Assembly: GCA_037190965.1 (NCBI GenBank)
Contig: JBBCKI010000028.1
Location: 1 to 64,000 of the forward strand
Reading direction: 5' to 3'
Origin: Chthoniobacteraceae bacterium
GTDB lineage: Bacteria; Verrucomicrobiota; Verrucomicrobiia; Chthoniobacterales; Chthoniobacteraceae
Length of the DNA: 64,000 nucleotides
Positions 61,773 to 64,000 of the stretch are shown piece by piece. The position numbers and the translations under genes are program-made. Numbering within the stretch: the stretch's first letter is position 1; each line of letters opens with the position of its first letter. Under the pieces are notes generated by a model that was not told the origin of the DNA, did not search any database, and saw only the letters and a program-made list of their open reading frames with translations.

Positions 61773-62930
61773 ATGCATTCTTCGTTCATTCCCGATACAG
61801 AGTTCCTCCAGCGCATCGAAAAAACGCGACATCTTATGGCGGAGGCCGGCCTTGATCTTCTTCTGGCCTTTTCAACGGAATCCGAGCCGGCTTACGTGCG
61901 GTATTACTCGGACTACTGGCCGAGCTTCGAGACGGCGGGCGTGCTGATCAGCGCTTCGGGCGAGCAGCATCTGCTCATCGGGCCGGAGAGCCGTACTTAT
62001 GCGGCGGCCCGCTCCAGGATTCCCGGGATCGTGAGGATGGTGGACTTCCGTGAATCCTCCCAGCCTGCCTACCCCGGCAGCAAGCTGGCAGACTGGCAGG
62101 AGGTGCTCTGCAGCTACCGCCCGAAGCGGATCGGCATCGCCGGGTGGCATCTTTTCCCCCATGCAATTCTTCAGAACATCGTGGCCGCCGTTCCGGGTGT
62201 GGAGCTGGTCAATGCCGACGATGTGGTGCGGCAGGTGATGCGGTCGAAATCCCCGGCAGAGCTCAACTGCCTGCGCGAAGCGGCAAGGATCTCCGAGCTT
62301 GGCTTCAAAGCGGTGCTGGAGAACATCCGCGAAGGAATGACGGAAGCGCAGCTCTGCGGAATCGCTACCGCGGCCATGCTGGCCGATGGAGCGGAATCCA
62401 CCGGCTACCCGATCTGGTGCTGTAGCGGTCCGAACTCCACTCAAGCCATCAGCCGCCCGACGCATAGAAAGGTGCAACGCGGCGAGGTCATTCATTTCAG
62501 CATCGGGGCAAAGGTTTCGGGCTACAGCGCCAGTGTAGGGAGGCCCATTGTGCTGGGGCATTGCCCGGAGGATCTTCGCAAGTTTCTGCAAACGGGCTTG
62601 GACGCGATGAAAATGACCATTGACCTCATGCAGGCCGGCCGGGTGTCCGGAGAGGTGGCCCGGAAGGTGCACGGCTGGATTGCCGACCAGGGCTACGGTG
62701 ACACGATCTTGTACGGGCCGGCGCATGGTTGCGGGCAGATGGAGTGTGAATTTCCATTCCTGGAAAGTTCGTCCACCTTCGTCCTTGAGGAGAACATGGC
62801 CTTCATGGTCGACGTCTTCCTCGCCAATGAACGCTCAGGCTTCCGCTGGGAGGACGGTGTGATTGTGCGGAATGGCGCGGCGGAGGAGCTTTCATCCTTC
62901 GGTCGGAACCTGAACATCCTGGAGGTATAA
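61773..62930 (+). CDS. M24 (Xaa-Pro peptidase/creatinase fold) hydrolase
   Basis: Creatinase-N-like start, RSKSPAEL..LREAARI, GPAHGCG, GFRWED. Confidence 0.85.
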   Translation: MHSSFIPDTEFLQRIEKTRHLMAEAGLDLLLAFSTESEPAYVRYYSDYWPSFETAGVLISASGEQHLLIGPESRTYAAARSRIPGIVRMVDFRESSQPAYPGSKLADWQEVLCSYRPKRIGIAGWHLFPHAILQNIVAAVPGVELVNADDVVRQVMRSKSPAELNCLREAARISELGFKAVLENIREGMTEAQLCGIATAAMLADGAESTGYPIWCCSGPNSTQAISRPTHRKVQRGEVIHFSIGAKVSGYSASVGRPIVLGHCPEDLRKFLQTGLDAMKMTIDLMQAGRVSGEVARKVHGWIADQGYGDTILYGPAHGCGQMECEFPFLESSSTFVLEENMAFMVDVFLANERSGFRWEDGVIVRNGAAEELSSFGRNLNILEV

Positions 62931-62931
62931 G

Positions 62932-63729
62932 ATGATTATTGATGTTCATGGCCATTTGGGCCGGATCAATCAGGCACCCTTCTGGGCGGCGGATGAGACG
63001 CAACTGGATAGCTATCTTGATGAAGCGAAGGTTGACGCGCTCTGGGTATCCTCGTCGAAGTCGCTGATGTATGAAGCGCGAGAGGGGAACGCGGAGCTGA
63101 TCGCGGCGCTGGAGAACTCCCGGAAGCTGCTCGGCTACGTGGTGCTCAATCCTGTCTGCCCAGACTCCATTGCCGATCTTGCGCTGCTGGAACACGAGAA
63201 GGTGATCGGTGTGAAGATTCACCCTGACTATCACGGCTACGACATGATCTCGCCTTCCGTTCAGCCGTTCCTTGATGAAGTTGCCCGGGCGACGGGGTTG
63301 ATCCTTACCCATGTCTCGTGCATGCCTGGGATGGCTTTTTCCGAAGGGGGCAAGCTGCTAGACTTCGCCGAGCGGCACCCGGAGACCAATTTCATTTTCG
63401 CCCATCTCGGCGGGATGTATCAGAACGGGCACTATCCCTACTTCCCTAACTATGAGGGGCTGGAGAAGATCGCCGCGCGGAATCTGCCGAATGTCTATGT
63501 CGATACGTCGCAGCACTTGATGTATGTCTACCCGGGCGTGATGCAGCGCGTGGTGGAGATTTACGGTGCGGACCGGTTGGTCTTTGGGACGGATATGCCG
63601 CTGCAGGGGCCGATGCAGGCGCGGTTCGCCATCGAAGCCATTCAGGCATTGGCGATTCCGCAGGAGGACAAAGACAAGATCTTCTTCAGGAATGCGCAAA
63701 GGCTATTGGCATCAGGGGGGAAGCGATGA
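62932..63729 (+). CDS. Amidohydrolase_2 family TIM-barrel hydrolase
   Basis: IIDVHGH, GVKIHP, FAHLGG, NVYVDTS, LVFGTDMP, IFFRNA. Confidence 0.88.
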   Translation: MIIDVHGHLGRINQAPFWAADETQLDSYLDEAKVDALWVSSSKSLMYEAREGNAELIAALENSRKLLGYVVLNPVCPDSIADLALLEHEKVIGVKIHPDYHGYDMISPSVQPFLDEVARATGLILTHVSCMPGMAFSEGGKLLDFAERHPETNFIFAHLGGMYQNGHYPYFPNYEGLEKIAARNLPNVYVDTSQHLMYVYPGVMQRVVEIYGADRLVFGTDMPLQGPMQARFAIEAIQALAIPQEDKDKIFFRNAQRLLASGGKR

Positions 63730-64000
63730 GCGGAGGAGCGCGGGTCTGGTATTTCCCCGACGGTTATCTTCCAGCCAAGAAGGCAGGGAGGTGCTTGAAG
63801 CGCATGAGTCGCTGATGCTGCTGAACGTGGGAGAGGAGGATGCGCACGTGGTGATCGACATTTACTTCTCCGATCGCATGCCGACGAAGGGAATCAAGGT
63901 CGATGTCCCCGCGGAACGGATCATTGCGCTACGGTTGGATCATCCCGCCGATCTTGCGGGTGCGGTGATTCCTGAGCAGACGCAGTATGCATTGAGGATC
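63726..64000 (+). pseudogene. Sensory rhodopsin transducer (ASRT) family gene with a 1-nt frameshift; runs off the window end
   Basis: MSGGARVWYFPDGYLP, then in the shifted frame EVLEAHESLMLLNVGEEDAHVVIDIYFSDRMP...VPAERIIALRLD...IPEQTQYALRI; break at GGG 63786-63788. Confidence 0.75.

Overview
Bacterial DNA of fairly high GC, most likely Verrucomicrobiota (inferred from three PEP-CTERM genes, three prepilin/H-X9-DG genes, a DUF4838 protein, a dnaK-groES-groEL operon and a two-domain NDK). It has three parts. (1) 1-21.2 kb is an accessory block ending at the 3' end of tRNA-Ser(GGA), next to a frameshifted integrase-type N-terminal remnant. It holds two Gfo/Idh/MocA oxidoreductases, an EndoQ(PHP)-UvrD fusion ending in a QLNLF clamp-binding motif, and an 11-gene carbohydrate/amino-sugar operon divergent from a GntR regulator. 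(2) 21.2-41.6 kb is mostly core genome: dnaK-groES-groEL behind a candidate sigma54 promoter and palindromic enhancer, fic, a guanidine-III riboswitch with gdx/sugE, a putative porin, hpt, an alpha-keto acid decarboxylase, rmuC, a NUDIX hydrolase, aspartate aminotransferase, ndk, prmA and a LysE/RhtB exporter. (3) 41.6-64 kb starts at a GTAG REP doublet and is a second glycan-utilisation region: beta-helix enzyme, esterase, DUF4838-CBM protein, GH42, GH20, AraC and GntR regulators, an atypical M24 hydrolase, an amidohydrolase and a frameshifted ASRT gene. The best candidate for an undescribed system is the repeated layout 'divergent GntR with palindromic operator -> PEP-CTERM protein first -> prepilin-like H-X9-DG protein -> glycan enzymes', with no SusC/TonB receptor. 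In the first locus the PEP-CTERM protein also has an unanchored paralog with the same lectin-like domain. All family calls come from motifs recognised by eye; no database searches were run.
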